DNA of 64,000 nt from Nemertoderma westbladi. Taxonomy: Eukaryota; Animalia; Xenacoelomorpha. Below the pieces are notes generated by a model, which was not told where the DNA came from, ran no database searches, and worked only from the letters and a program-made list of their open reading frames with translations. The position numbers were made by a program, and so were the translations under genes. Positions 25,974 to 39,669 of this stretch are shown piece by piece. The DNA is taken from assembly GCA_032718475.1 (NCBI GenBank), contig JAUCBJ010009106.1, forward strand, positions 36,232-100,231, in the 5' to 3' direction. Position 1 is the stretch's first letter, and each line of letters starts with the position of its first letter.

Positions 25974-27018
25974 CTAGAGAAACAAACAAATCCGGAGTTA
26001 GAGGGAGGGGAAAAGGCAGGTCAGTACCGGTAGGTGAACGGTGCAGCACAGTGAACAGGGAGGCCAATTGGGTTGTCGTTTCAGCCTATTTTAACGAGAC
26101 GGGGGGGGGGGGGGGGGGGGGGGCTGGACGCAAATCCTATATTGGCGAATTAATATCCCGCCGCAATGTTAAATTCTCAATTTAGGGAAAGGAGCAGGTT
26201 ACAGTGGCACGTTATTTTAACAAAAACAATAAACTAAACACAATAGAACAGGTTACAGTTTTATTTTTGAGAGTTATCATCTGTTATTCGCGTCCAATTT
26301 CCCCTGGAGAGGGATGAATTTTTATTGCGTCCAGTTTATATTCTTATTTTAAAATAAACTTTATTTCGCGAATATTTAATTTCGATATTCACCATTTAAG
26401 GTACCTTTTAAAGGAAAGTAGCAGTTTATGATGGCAGGCCTTTCCAACCAAAACAATAAACTAAGTTTAGGAACACAGGGTACAGTAAAACTTCTAGGCA
26501 CAAATTTTTCAATATTAATTTAACATTAACACTATGCGAAGGCTGAAACGGCAATACCAGTACCGGTACCCATTGGTCAGTAACGATAGGCCAGTACTGG
26601 TACCGGGAGGACAGTACCGTCATGATTTTGGTGTAGCACAATCACTCTCCAGTGCAAATGCCATATGAAAACAGCACTATTTGCTGTATGGTTTGTTTTC
26701 AAATATAGTTTCATTTCTTTCAAGAAGACCTACAACAAACTGTACAAAGGCCCCGGAATATAATGTCATTAATTAGTCCTGTAGTTCTTCCGTAACCATA
26801 GTGATTCTTCTGTTATACTGATAGAAATCATGACGTTGCAGGAATTTCAAATGTGTTGTAACACAATCTCAGTTTCGATGAAATATAGCTGAGATATGGG
26901 CGTTCGAAAGATGCAATATCAGAATATACTTGCTTCCGCTGCAGGCCACTTATTCTATTTAATAAATTCACATAATTCTGGAACACTTTATTTATTTGAT
27001 CTGACTTGGCAACAATAC

Positions 27019-27230
27019 GGGGCTAGCTCAGTTTGTTGAACGCTGGGTTAACAAGCTGTTGGTGTTTGGTTCGAGTCCCAGCCAGGGTCCACTCGCAGCC
27101 TTTCATTCATTGGGGGTTGACAAAGTGAGCTGGGAGAAAAACAAGCGATAGGAGTGGCGCCCATCCCTAGGCTACCTTGGGTAGGAGCTATTGAAAGAAG
27201 AGCCGTAAGAGTCGCAACCGGCCTCATGCT
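27019..27230 (+). mobile_element. tRNA-derived SINE (Nin-like core)
   Basis: tagctcagtt A box, ggttcgagtcc B box, actcgcagcctttcat core. Confidence 0.65.
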
Positions 27231-28374
27231 TTTACAATGGCATTTGCACTGATCATTTGATTAATTCATTAGTATTTCATGCTATGTACTGGTACTGGTA
27301 CTGATTTAAATTCTCAGTACAGAAGCCACGATTAGTTGGGTTGGTACAGCTTACTATGCTCCAGACCACAATGATGTATCAGTATCAGTCAACAGAGCTC
27401 TGCAAAAAACAATATACGGAGTCAGAAAGCTACCGAGACCGAGTAACTGTTAGTATTTTCTACTTATTTTTACAACACTATCGCATACAATCTGAATGTG
27501 CACGATTGTTGCTTTACTTTCAGTATATGTATGTATACTGTATGACAAAGCCCCGATGAATGGAAAGGATAAAGAAGCTTTCAAATACATATAGATACGG
27601 GGATAAAATCAGTAACAAGTGGTTGTCAAGAAACTCCAACCTTCTGACCTCTCCATTTTCGAATGGTGTCTGTACCCAATTAAAGTCAATGTATATGTAT
27701 AAAATGTATGTTTGGCAATGTGAGAAGGAAAGCTTGATTTCCATTGATACTCTAATATTAATCTACATATTAATATACATTGATTCTCGGGTGGTTACGG
27801 TTTGTTTATAGGTCAATTCGAGTCAATTTGAAGTCATTAGACCTCAAATCCAGAATGGGGCCGGTTAATAGCTCATTTTTGGTTAATTTAACATCCCCTC
27901 ATCCTATTGTATTTTTTATGTCCTTGGGATTGGAACGGAAGAACTGAAGCTTATGATGAACACAGACTGGATGAATACAACGTTTCGGAACAGACATAAT
28001 AATATTAGTGAATCTGTAGTCACCAATCTACATTATACTGGGAATATATATCTAGGTTTGTAGGAGAGGACATATTTTGTGAATTGTTGTAATAAGACAT
28101 TGGCTGTATGGAAGGACAGGACATTCTGTCCTATGTCGAGTCTATCATTCCACCTAAAAAACAATTTGTATAAACTTGACATCGAAATAAGGGGAACAGT
28201 AGGAACCCATATGGGTCTTTCGTTATGTAGACCCCGCCAAACATGGTATGCGGCTCAGTTTGCGTAACAGATGAAGATTTTAACAGGCCTGAAAGACAAT
28301 AAAATATCTATTTTTAGGCCAAAAGCGAAAAATTAGATCAGTACCATACAAACGCAACACACCACACGTAGGAC

Positions 28375-28835
28375 TTACAAACTTACACCCAACCTTACAA
28401 CAGAACTTACAAACATACAACAGAACTTACAAACATACAACAGAACTTACTAACATATAACATAACTTACAATACAACCATATAAAAGACCTAACAACCA
28501 TAGAACAACAGAATTTAATAAAACCATGATAGAACAACAACATAACTTACCACTATACAACAGAACTTTCCTTTCCTTACACCCATGCAAAATAACATAC
28601 AACCATACAGCATACAACAACATAACTTACAACCATACAGCATACAACAACATAACTTACAACCATACAACATAATATACAACCATACAACATAACATAC
28701 AACCATACAGCATACAACAACATAACTTACAACCATACAAAATAATATACAACCATACAAAATAACTTACAACCATACAACATAACTTACAACCATATAA
28801 CATAATAATACAACCACAACTAACAGAACTTACAA
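28375..28835. repeat. About 20-bp degenerate minisatellite (caaccatacaacataactta)
   Basis: Direct reading. Confidence 0.85.
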
Positions 28836-29719
28836 TGACAACCTGCCACGAAGTCAAATTATCTGTTTATCAACAAAAATTTCACGCCAAAAATACTTAC
28901 GGTACCGGTACGGTAAATGCATGGGAGTCGAGCGGAATTCCGGTTTCTGTTCGCGAAATTGGTATACCGGAATATACTTATGTAACAAATGAGATGAATC
29001 GTATTTTTTCACAAACATCTCTGTTATCAGAAGTATAGCTGAAAATTACTACGAAAATTATGATTTCATATGATTAGTCAGTTATTAAGGCAAACTTTTA
29101 CAAATTATAATTTGGACTGGGAGTGGCATTTGAATTTAAAATTGAAAATTGGTTAATGGTAGGATCAGATAAATAATTGTTGAGAACCAGTGTATGTAGA
29201 TGAATGTACATGGTCCGGTTCCGGTAAAATTTGTCTTATTATGGTTCCGCTAAAAATGTAATTCGACTCCTAGTAAATGCATATAGTTTATTTCACACCA
29301 AACTCACGACCAACCCCACACTAAACGAATGGAATATTCCACACCAAACCCATGGCTCACCCCGCAAAAAACTAATGGATAATTACACACCAAAGTCATT
29401 GACAACCCCTCGTCACACAAATGAACAATTCCACACCAAACACATGACCAACCCTAAACCAATATAAAGGATGGACCATGACCTACTATCTATACTATCT
29501 ATAGTAGGTCATGGATGGACTATCCAACACCAAACTAAGACCACTCCATACAAAACTCATGACTCACACGTGAACAGTGAACAAACCAATTGGCCACCAC
29601 ACCTAAGTAAAGGCCCATCCTACACACCGACATTAGACCGATTTAGGACTATTTTCTCGAGTGTTTGGATTGGATGGAGGTTTAACGATTTCGTGGACTG
29701 ATGCATCTCCATTCGTTAC

Positions 29720-29790
29720 CTTAGAGACGGGTTCAATCGTGGTGACGTCACTTCGTTGACATGGCAACATCCTCGTTAGCAACCAATGAC
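29720..29790 (-). other. Candidate 71-nt PTC-containing (poison) cassette exon in RBM39
   Basis: AG acceptor (weak pyrimidine tract) and AAG|GTAACG donor. GC-richer island. Gives an in-frame TGA when entered in phase 2 from exon 36090. Confidence 0.5.
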
Positions 29791-30148
29791 CTGAGTCGAT
29801 AAACTAAGGCTGCATCAGCTGCTCTTTACAGAGACACTACAGTAACTAGTAACTATAGTAACAGTAATTGTTATTTAAATTAAGATTTCATATATCCCAT
29901 ATTTAATGTTCTTAAATTTAGGTGACATTTTTAGCTTATTACAAAAATATATTTTATAATTCAACTTAAAATTATCTCACTTCATAAACAATGCGTTGAA
30001 ATAAACTTCATTGCAAAGTTATGGCAGAAATGGTAATAAGTTACACTAGTGTTTGTTTGTATTAATAATTATACCTCCGTAACATAGCTTAACTGTAAAT
30101 AATGGGGTATTAATATCAGTACCGGTACCACGATTAGATACTCCTTAC

Positions 30149-30181
30149 CATGAATCTTCAGCTCAATAAACTTCGCATCAG
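30149..30181 (-). other. Candidate 33-nt PTC-containing cassette exon in RBM39
   Basis: caatttccag acceptor and ATG|GTAAGG donor. Splicing from exon 36090 gives GA|C TGA. Confidence 0.4.
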
Positions 30182-30304
30182 CTGGAAATTGTGTAACAAG
30201 GCAGCAGCCATACAGCCAACTGCTTGTTATTTAATGTTTGGAGAGAATCTAATAAAAAACGAAAATGAGCCATCACTGAATGTATTTCGCAGATTCCACA
30301 GATA

Positions 30305-33300
30305 TACTGTAGGACGCATGGTGACATGGTACTGTAGGTCGCATGGTGACATGGTACTGTAGGACGCATGGTGACATGGTACTGTAGGTCGCATGGTGAC
30401 ATGGTACTGTAGGTCGCATGGTGACATGGTACTGTAGGTCGCATGGTGACATGGTACTGTAGGTCGCATGGTGACATGGTACTGTAGGTCGCATGGTGAC
30501 ATGGTACTGTAGGACGCATGGTGACATGGTACTGTATGTCGCATGGTGACATGGTACTGTAGGTCGCATGGTGACATGGTACTGTAGGTCGCATGGTGAC
30601 ATGGTACTGTAGGTCGCATGGTGACATGGTACTGTAGGTCGCATGGTGACATGGTACTGTAGGTCGCATGGTGACATCGTACTGTAGGTCGCATGGTGAC
30701 ATGGTACTGTAGGACGCATGGTGACATGGTACTGTAGGTCGCATGGTGACATCGTACTGTAGGTCGCATGGTGACATGGTACTGTAGGTCGCATGGTGAC
30801 ATGGTACTGTAGGTCGCATGGTGACATGGTACTGTAGGTCGCATGGTGACATGGTACTGTAGGACGCATGGTGACATGGTACTGTAGGTCGCATGGTGAC
30901 ATGGTACTGTAGGTCGCATGGTGACATGGTACTGTAGGTCGCATGGTGACATGGTACTGTAGGTCGCATGGTGACATGGTACTGTAGGTCGCATGGTGAC
31001 ATGGTACTGTAGGACGCATGGTGACATGGTACTGTATGTCGCATGGTGACATGGTACTGTAGGTCGCATGGTGACATGGTACTGTAGGTCGCATGGTGAC
31101 ATGGTACTGTAGGTCGCATGGTGACATGGTACTGTAGGTCGCATGGTGACATGGTACTGTAGGTCGCATGGTGACATGGTACTGTAGGTCGCATGGTGAC
31201 ATGGTACTGTAGGTCGCATGGTGACATGGTACTGTAGGTCGCATGGTGACATCGTACTGTAGGTCGCATGGTGACATCGTACTGTAGGTCGCATGGTGAC
31301 ATGGTACTGTAGGTCGCATGGTGACATCGTACTGTAGGTCGCATGATGACATCGTACTGTACTACAGGTCGCATCGTACTGTAGGTCGCATCGTATTGTA
31401 GGTCGCATCGTACTGTAGGTCGCATGGTGACATGGTACTGTAGGTCGCATGGTGACATCGTACTGTAGGTCGCATGGTGACATCGTACTGTAGGTCGCAT
31501 GGTGACATGGTACTGTAGGTCGCATGGTGACATCGTACTGTAGGTCGCATGATGACATCATACTGTACTACAGGTCGCATCGTACTGTAGGTCGCATCGT
31601 ATTGTAGGTCGCATCGTACTGTAGGTCACATCGTATTGTAGGTCGCATCGTACTGTAGGTCGCATCGTACTGTAGGTCGCATGGTGACATCGTACTGTAG
31701 GTCGCATGGTGACATGGTACTGTAGGTCGCATGGTGACATCGTACTGCAGGTCGCATGGTGACATGGTACTGTAGGTCGCATGGTGACATGGTACTGTAG
31801 GTCGCATGGTGACATGGTACTGTAGGTCGCATGGTGACATCGTACTGTACTACAGGTCGCATCGTACTGTAGGTCGCATCGTATTGTAGGTCGCATCGTA
31901 CTGTAGGTCGCATGGTGACATGGTACTGTAGGTCGCATGGTGACATCGTACTGTAGGTCGCATGGTGACATCGTACTGTAGGTCGCATGGTGACATGGTA
32001 CTGTAGGTCGCATGGTGACATCGTACTGTAGGTCGCATGATGACATCGTACTGTACTACAGGTCGCATCGTACTGTAGGTCGCATCGTATTGTAGGTCGC
32101 ATCGTACTGTAGGTCACATCGTATTGTAGGTCGCATCGTACTGTAGGTCGCATCGTACTGTAGGTCGCATGGTGACATCGTACTGTAGGTCGCATGGTGA
32201 CATGGTACTGTAGGTCGCATGGTGACATCGTACTGCAGGTCGCATGGTGACATGGTACTGTAGGTCGCATGGTGACATGGTACTGTAGGTCGCATGGTGA
32301 CATGGTACTGTAGGTCGCATGGTGACATCGTACTGTAGGTCGCATGGTGACATGGTACTGTAGGTCGCATGGTGACATGGTACTGTAGGTCGCATGGTGA
32401 CATCGTACTGTAGGTCGCATGGTGACATGGTACTGTAGGTCGCATGGTGACATGGTACTGTAGGTCGCATGGTGACATCGTACTGTAGGTCGCATGGTGA
32501 TATCGTACTGTACTACAGGTCGCATCGTACTGTAGGTCGCATCGAACTGTAGGTCGCTTCGTACTGTAGGTCGCATCGTACTGTAGGTCGCATCGTACTG
32601 TAGGTCGCATCGTACTGTAGGTCGCATCGTACTGTAGGTCGCATCGTACTGTAGGTCGCATCGTATTGTACTGTAGGTCGCATTGTATTGTACTGTAGGT
32701 CGCATCGTATTGTACTGTAGGTCGCATCGTATTGTACTGTAGGTCGCATCGTATTGTACTGTAGGTCGCATCGTATTGTAGGTCGCATCGTATTGTAGGT
32801 CGCATCGTATTGTAGGTCGCATCGTATTGCACTGTAGGTCGCATCGTACTGTAGTGTAGGTCGCATCGTATTGTACTGTAGGTCGCATCGTACTGTAGGT
32901 CGCATCGTATTGTACTGTAGGTCGCATCGTATTGTACTGTAGGTCGCATTGTATTGTAGGTCGCATCGTATTGTACTGTAGGTCGCATCGTATTGTAGGT
33001 CGCATCGTATTGTAGGTCGCATCGTATTGTAGGTCGCATCGCATCGTACTGTAGGTCGCATCGTATTGTAGGTCGCATCGTATTGTAGGTCGCATCGTAT
33101 TGTAGGTCGCATCGCATCGTACTGTAGGTCGCATCGTATTGTAGTGTAGCGTAGGTCGCATCGTACTGTAGATCGCATCGTATTGTACTGTAGGTCGCAT
33201 CGTATTGTACTGTAGGTCGCATCGTACTGTAGTTCGCATCGTATTGTAGGTCGCATCGTATTGTAGGTCGCATCGTATTGTAGGTCGCATCGTACTGTAG

Positions 33301-35553
33301 ATCGCATCGTATTGTACTGTAGGTCGCATCGTACTGTAGTTCGCATCGTATTGTAGGTCGCATCGTATTGTAGGTCGCATCGTATTGTAGGTCGCATCGT
33401 ACTGTAGGTCGCATCGTATTGTACTGTAGGTCGCATCGTATTGTAGTGTAGGTCGCATCGTATTGTACTGTAGGTCGCATCGTACTGTAGGTCGCATCGT
33501 ATTGTACTGTAGGTCGCATCGTATTGTAGGTCGCATCGTATTGTAGTGTAGGTCGCATCGTATTGTACTGTAGGTCGCATCGTACTGTAGTTCGCATCGT
33601 ATTGTACTGTAGGTCGCATCGTACTGTAGATCGCATCGTATTGTAGTGTAGTGTAGGTCGCATCGTATTGTACTGTAGGTCGCATCGTATTGTACTGTAG
33701 GTCGCATCGTACTGTAGATCGCATCGTATTGTACTGTAGGTCGCATCGTATTGTAGGTCGCATCGTATTGTACTGTAGGTCGCATCGTATTGTAGGTCGC
33801 ATCGTATTGTACTGTAGGTCGCATCGTACTGTAGGTCGCATCGTACTGTAGTTCGCATCGTATTGTACTGTAGGTCGCATCGTATTGTAGGTCGCATCGT
33901 ATTGTACTGTAGGTCGCATCGTACTGTAGTTCGCATCGTATTGTACTGTAGGTCGCATCGTACTGTAGATCGCATCGTATTGTACTGTAGGTCGCATCGT
34001 ATTGTACTGTAGGTCGCATCGTACTGTAGTTCGCATCGTATTGTACTGTAGGTCGCATCGTACTGTAGATCGCATCGTATTGTACTGTAGGTCGCATCGT
34101 ATTGTACTGTAGGTCGCATCGTACTGTAGTTCGCATCGTATTGTACTGTAGGTCGCATCGTATTGTAGGTCGCATCGTATTGTAGTGTAGCGTAGGTCGC
34201 ATCGTATTGTACTGTAGGTCGCATCGTATTGTAGTGTAGGTCGCATCGTATTGTACTGTAGGTCGCATCGTATTGTAGTGTAGGTCGCATCGTATTGTAC
34301 TGTAGGTCGCATCGTACTGTAGGTCGCATCGTATTGTACTGTAGGTCGCATCGTATTGTAGTGTAGGTCGCATCGTATTGTACTGTAGGTCGCATCGTAT
34401 TGTAGTGTAGGTCGCATCGTATTGTAGTGTAGTGTAGGTCGCATCGTATTGTAGTTCGCATCGTATTGTACTGTAGGTCGCATCGTACTGTAGATCGCAT
34501 CGTATTGTAGTGTAGGTCGCATCGTATTGTACTGTAGGTCGCATTGTATTGTAGGTCGCATCGTATTGTACTGTAGGTCGCATCGTACTGTAGTTCGCAT
34601 CGTATTGTACTGTAGGTCGCATCGTACTGTAGTTCGCATCGTATTGTACTGTAGGTCGCATCGTACTGTAGATCGCATCGTATTGTAGTGTAGGTCGCAT
34701 CGTATTGTACTGTAGGTCGCATCGTATTGTACTGTAGGTCGCATCGTATTGTAGGTCGCATCGTATTGTAGGTCGCATCGTATTGTACTGTAGGTCGCAT
34801 CGTACTGTAGTTCGCATCGTATTGTACTGTAGGTCGCATCGTACTGTAGTTCGCATCGTATTGTACTGTAGGTCGCATCGTACTGTAGATCGCATCGTAT
34901 TGTAGTGTAGGTCGCATCGTATTGTACTGTAGGTCGCATCGTATTGTACTGTAGATCGCATCGTATTGTACTGTAGGTCGCATCGTATTGTACTGTAGGT
35001 CGCATCGTACTGTAGTTCGCATCGTATTGTACTGTAGGTCGCATCGTATTGTACTGTAGGTCGCATCGTATTGTAGTGTAGCGTAGGTCGCATCGTATTG
35101 TAGTGTAGGTCGCATCGTATTGTACTGTAGGTCGCATCGTATTGTACTGTAGATCGCATCGTATTGTACTGTAGGTCGCATCGTATTGTACTGTAGTTCG
35201 CATCGTATTGTAGTGTAGCGTAGGTCGCATCGTATTGTAGTGTAGGTCGCATCGTATTGTAGTGTAGGTCGCATCGTATTGTACTGTAGGTCGCATCGTA
35301 TTGTACTGTAGGTCGCATCGTATTGTACTGTAGGTCGCATCGTATTGTAGGTCGCATCGTATTGTACTGTAGGTCGCATCGTATTGTAGTGTAGGTCGCA
35401 TCGTATTGTACTGTAGGTCGCATCGTATTGTAGTGTAGGTCGCATCGTATTGTACTGTAGGTCGCATCGTACTGTAGGTCGCATCGTATTGTACTGTAGG
35501 TCGCATCGTATTGTAGTGTAGGTCGCATCGTATTGTACTGTAGCGTAGGTCGC
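30305..35553. repeat. Compound satellite: 25-bp unit (actgtaggtcgcatggtgacatggt) grading into 17/22-bp units (actgtaggtcgcatcgt, attgtactgtaggtcgcatcgt)
   Basis: Direct reading. The long minus-strand ORFs here come from the stop-free repeat. Confidence 0.97.
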
Positions 35554-36089
35554 AGTGTTCTACACTGCATTAACTTTGGATAAACTTTTGATGTAAAATC
35601 GTTGTTAAGCATAATCAGTAACGTTACCTACCTGCTTAACAATGAAACACAACCAATATCGTATACATATAGATGAAAATTACTACTTAATGCAGTTATT
35701 AATGTATACTTATATTTATGTATATTAATAATGTATACAATCGGTCGGTGTTATTAAATTGGGTTTGGGATACAGTAAACGAAGAAGTTGGCCGTCAGAA
35801 ACGCTGATATAACCACTGTAAGAACTTACTGGGGATGTTAGAATAGCGGATTAATTTTTAGTTAAGAAAGTTAGAATATTTTTTTTTTTATATCATACGA
35901 AACGGGACATTGAACAGTAAACCTATACAGACTAGGTAAATATAGGTGGACTACACAAAGTCCCAGCCAGTCTCAGGAATAACCTTGCATTACTGCACCG
36001 TGATTAGTTTGTTATAGTATATGATTTAGGCTTTATTTAATATTGTTATTATATATTTTCAGTATAATTTTAATTATTTAGCTACTCAC

Positions 36090-36139
36090 TCTTTGTCGTG
36101 CGAAACGTTGTTCTTTTCGTTAGATTCTATTGGATCCAC
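36090..36139 (-). CDS. RBM39: RBM39 coding exon 2 (50 nt, VDPIESNEKNNVSHDK)
   Basis: ttctaatttag acceptor and GTGAGT donor. Phase 0 in and phase 2 out, which matches exactly the phase of the RS exon at 25973. Confidence 0.7.
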
Positions 36140-36759
36140 CTAAATTAGAAACAAAAATAATATTTATAACCTACAGTATAGAGACAGTTTTATAATTAGC
36201 TTAATTTATTCGATGAGTAAAAATTAATCATTATTCAATTATTTACTGTTTTGGTGACAGTGTGCGTTTGTCATTTGTTAATATAAATTTTAAAATTGAA
36301 TTATAATCGGTATTAGACAATTATTATGTATAAAATATATATACAATATGATGCGGTACCTCTGAAAGCATTCCTGAATGTTTTCAAATTATTAAAACAT
36401 ACATTTTTGCGCGGAAAATACTTAATTTTTATAGAGTCTTTTGTATTACAGACGAAATATGCAAAATAAATCAATTGCGAGAAAAAGTCCATAAAGTTTT
36501 GTTTTGATTCTAACTGACGAAATCAGTCCATTTGATTAGCTTTCTTTACAGTATGTCATATCATAAAATGTATTAATGTATAAAAGGTATTATCCTACCA
36601 AGACACAAATGAACGAGAAAAAACAATTTCAGTTTCTAAAAGACTTAAATTTTCCAGGAATATCATCCGTCACATATGCAATAAATAATTGTTACGGTAT
36701 AACTTATAGTTCAGTACAGACACAGTATAGCTAAACTTAAATAATTATAAGGCCTATTA

Positions 36760-37542
36760 ATTGCCGGCTATGCCAATCCGTAAACAATCTAGCAACCACA
36801 ACATAAAATACTGGGACCTCCGAAAGCAATACAAACAATTAAAAAAGTCGAAACGCCAACAATTCGAGGATATTTCTCTAGTACAGAAACTGGAGAAAGC
36901 CGAGATTAAACCATGGCTCCTATTCAAAGAAACCAAATCTGATGGAGCCAGAAGATGTTTATTGATGTGTCGGTTTTCAACCCGCTGGCGGCAACCAATG
37001 CGGCAATGTCGCTGGACACCACCCATCTCCACCACGAGGCGCGGAAGATCCGGAAGTACGAGGAGAGGATCCGGGAGGTGGAACACGCCACTTTCACTAC
37101 TCTCATCTTCTCGGCTTTCGGAGGAATGGCGCCGCTGTGTCGCCAGTTTATCAAGCGCCTCGCTTTAAAACTGGCAGAGAAGCGGCAGATCCCATACCCG
37201 GAGTGCATCTCGTGGGTGCGGCGACGAATTAGCTTCGCTCTCCTCAGGTCATCCCTAATGTGTCTGTGGGGGTTCCGGTCTGCCGCCAAGAGACCGGTAC
37301 GGGCAGCAGATGTCGCTGACACCTCCATCGTGTTAGCGAACGCCGACTCAGAGCCAGGCGCAGGCATGTTTATATAGGTTACAGGCTGTTTGGTGGTGGT
37401 GCAGTTTACCTGTTTGTTGTTGTTTAAGTTTTTAAATTTCCCGCGTTTCTGTAATTACTGTTTTTAATTGTTTGTTATAGTGCCTATAATTGTGTTTGTA
37501 TTTCTGAAGGTTTTTATTATTTTGTGAATAAATGAGGCTTGT

Positions 37543-37584
<42 letters not shown>

Positions 37585-39330
37585 ATGGAGCTGCTCCAAT
37601 TGAATCAACAATCCTGGAATCCCATTTCTCTAACCTCGTCGGCAACCCCAATACTCCCCCTGACTGCCCAATTGTCCCGAACTCATCGGCCAATGAGAAA
37701 GCCTCAGCAGAATGGTTCAACGAGCCCATCTCCGCAGAGGAAGTCTCTAGCGCCTTGCATGACTCCCTCCAACAATAAAACATGCGGCCCCGACCATTTA
37801 TTTTACGAACATTTAAAGAGCGCAGCCCCGTTTATATTAGTTACTCTAACTCTATTATTTAACATGTGCTTAAACCTTGGGAGAATGCCATCGCTATGGA
37901 AACAGAGTATAATAAAAATACTCTACAAAGGCAAAGGAGCAGTAACAGATCCCGATAATTACAAAGGAATTGCCATACTATCGGTTCTCTTAAAGATATT
38001 TACTTCGATACAAAACAAGCGTATAATACGACACGTAATACACCCAATCCCTGATGTTCAATACGGATTTTTACCAGGGAGATCCACTTGCCAGGCAGTA
38101 GAGAAACTCCTTTCCAACATCTCTTCATCGTTCCGGCGCCCCGGATACGGCAAACGATTCGTGTTCGCTGCTTTCGTGGACTTCCGGAAAGCATTCGACT
38201 TCGTAAGCAGAGCAGTTCTCCTCTACAAGATATATAACTTCGGAATTAAATGGAAAACATACGACATAATAAAAGATATCCTAGACAACTCGATTCGAAT
38301 CTACGACGGCCTACGGCTAACTAACGTCATAAAGCAACTCCGTGGAATACTGCAAGGCGACTGCCTATCTCCAACTTGTTTCATTATATTTATCACCGAT
38401 CTCGCCCACACGGTATTAAGTGTCTGCCGATTTGTCAAAATTCTTTTCTACGCCGACGACCTCGTCCTGTACTCCGACGACCGAGAGGAACTCCAACGCG
38501 CGCCCTCCACGTTCTACACGACTGGTGCATATTAAACGGAATGACCATCAACTTAAAGAGAAAACAAATATAATGAAATTCCGCAAAGCCGGGCGCCTAG
38601 CCCGCGCTGACACATTCCACTACAACAGAACACCTCTAGAAATAGTAAACCACTACGAATATCTCGGTCTAATCCTCCAGCATCCCTCTGCTCATTCAAC
38701 AAAAGAAAATTAGCGCTTATTCTATTATCGGATCCCTCAACCCCTGCTCTCCATCGAAACTGGCATACAAATATTCAATATGAAATTGGCTCCTGCAGCA
38801 CTCTACCTTATAACCAGTATCGGCAAATAGCTCACCTTAGTGAACCTCAAAGAATTAGATAAAATAAAGAATACCCACATAAAAAGAATGCTCTCTCTTC
38901 ATACATCAGCCTCCTCTACTCTCGCTCTGAATTTAGTTAAAGAAAAACCATTTATGGCGACCGTAATTTCCAAACATCCGAACTCCTTCACGGCTGATGT
39001 AATTACGAGATACCAGGACTTCCTGCGTGAACGCGACGAGAAATTCATCGCAGAATCGTATAGAGACGGCCCTGGCTTTTCCAGTTCGTTCTGGAAAATG
39101 GCCGGACAAAGAAACCGACACCACGTGACCCGAGCCACCGCCCATGGCTTCCACCATCTCATATATGGAAACGCAACACCATTCCATCCCCTCTCACCCA
39201 ATTGATCTGTAAATATTGCCACCTCCCGTGCGTCACCCGGTATCATGCCCTCAGCTGCGCTAACTGTCCCTCGCTGACCTCTCTCGCCTCCCAGTAACTT
39301 TTATATTATTTAGGCCTACATTTTAATCAT
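36760..39330 (+). mobile_element. Disrupted non-LTR retrotransposon (RT + C-terminal Cys/His finger), interrupted by a CRE-like insertion
   Basis: NYKGIAIL, QYGFLPGRS, FVDFRKAFD, GILQGDCLSP, FYADDLVL, YEYLG, and C-terminal CKYC..H...C. The frame reads KSDGA|APIES across the insertion. Confidence 0.88.
36949..37580 (+). mobile_element. 5'-truncated CRE-like (restriction-like endonuclease) non-LTR element with poly(A) tail and TSD
   Basis: FIDVSVFNP...HEARKIRKY...FTTLIFSAFGGM...WVRRRISFALLRS is the C-terminal RLE domain. AATAAA then A33. TCTGATGGAGC is duplicated at 36938-36948 and 37581-37591. Confidence 0.88.
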
Positions 39331-39669
39331 TGACTGCCGTTCAGCGTTATTTTAATATGTTTACTGTACTCAAATTTACCCCGCGTCGGGGTGTATATAA
39401 TATATTATTAATTGCCGGTAATAACAATACCAATACAGCAATAGCTGCGCGAATATAACGGCGCGCATTGAAAATAATGGCGGGAAAATTGGTAAGTTTT
39501 GCAAAGAAATTAGGTATTTCCATTGCGCACAGATGCACCAAAAATTTCCGCTCGCTTCGGATCGCATATATTAAATATTAATTAGCAAGTTATATATACC
39601 CTAGAAATAATTTCATGTACACAATTACGGTACCGGTAGGTTAATACATCAGTCGGACAGTCACATTTC

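Noticed and set aside
30178-35612. Very long ORFs (up to 1328 aa) on the minus strand
   Set aside because: They are translations of a stop-free satellite in all three frames, with no domain content.
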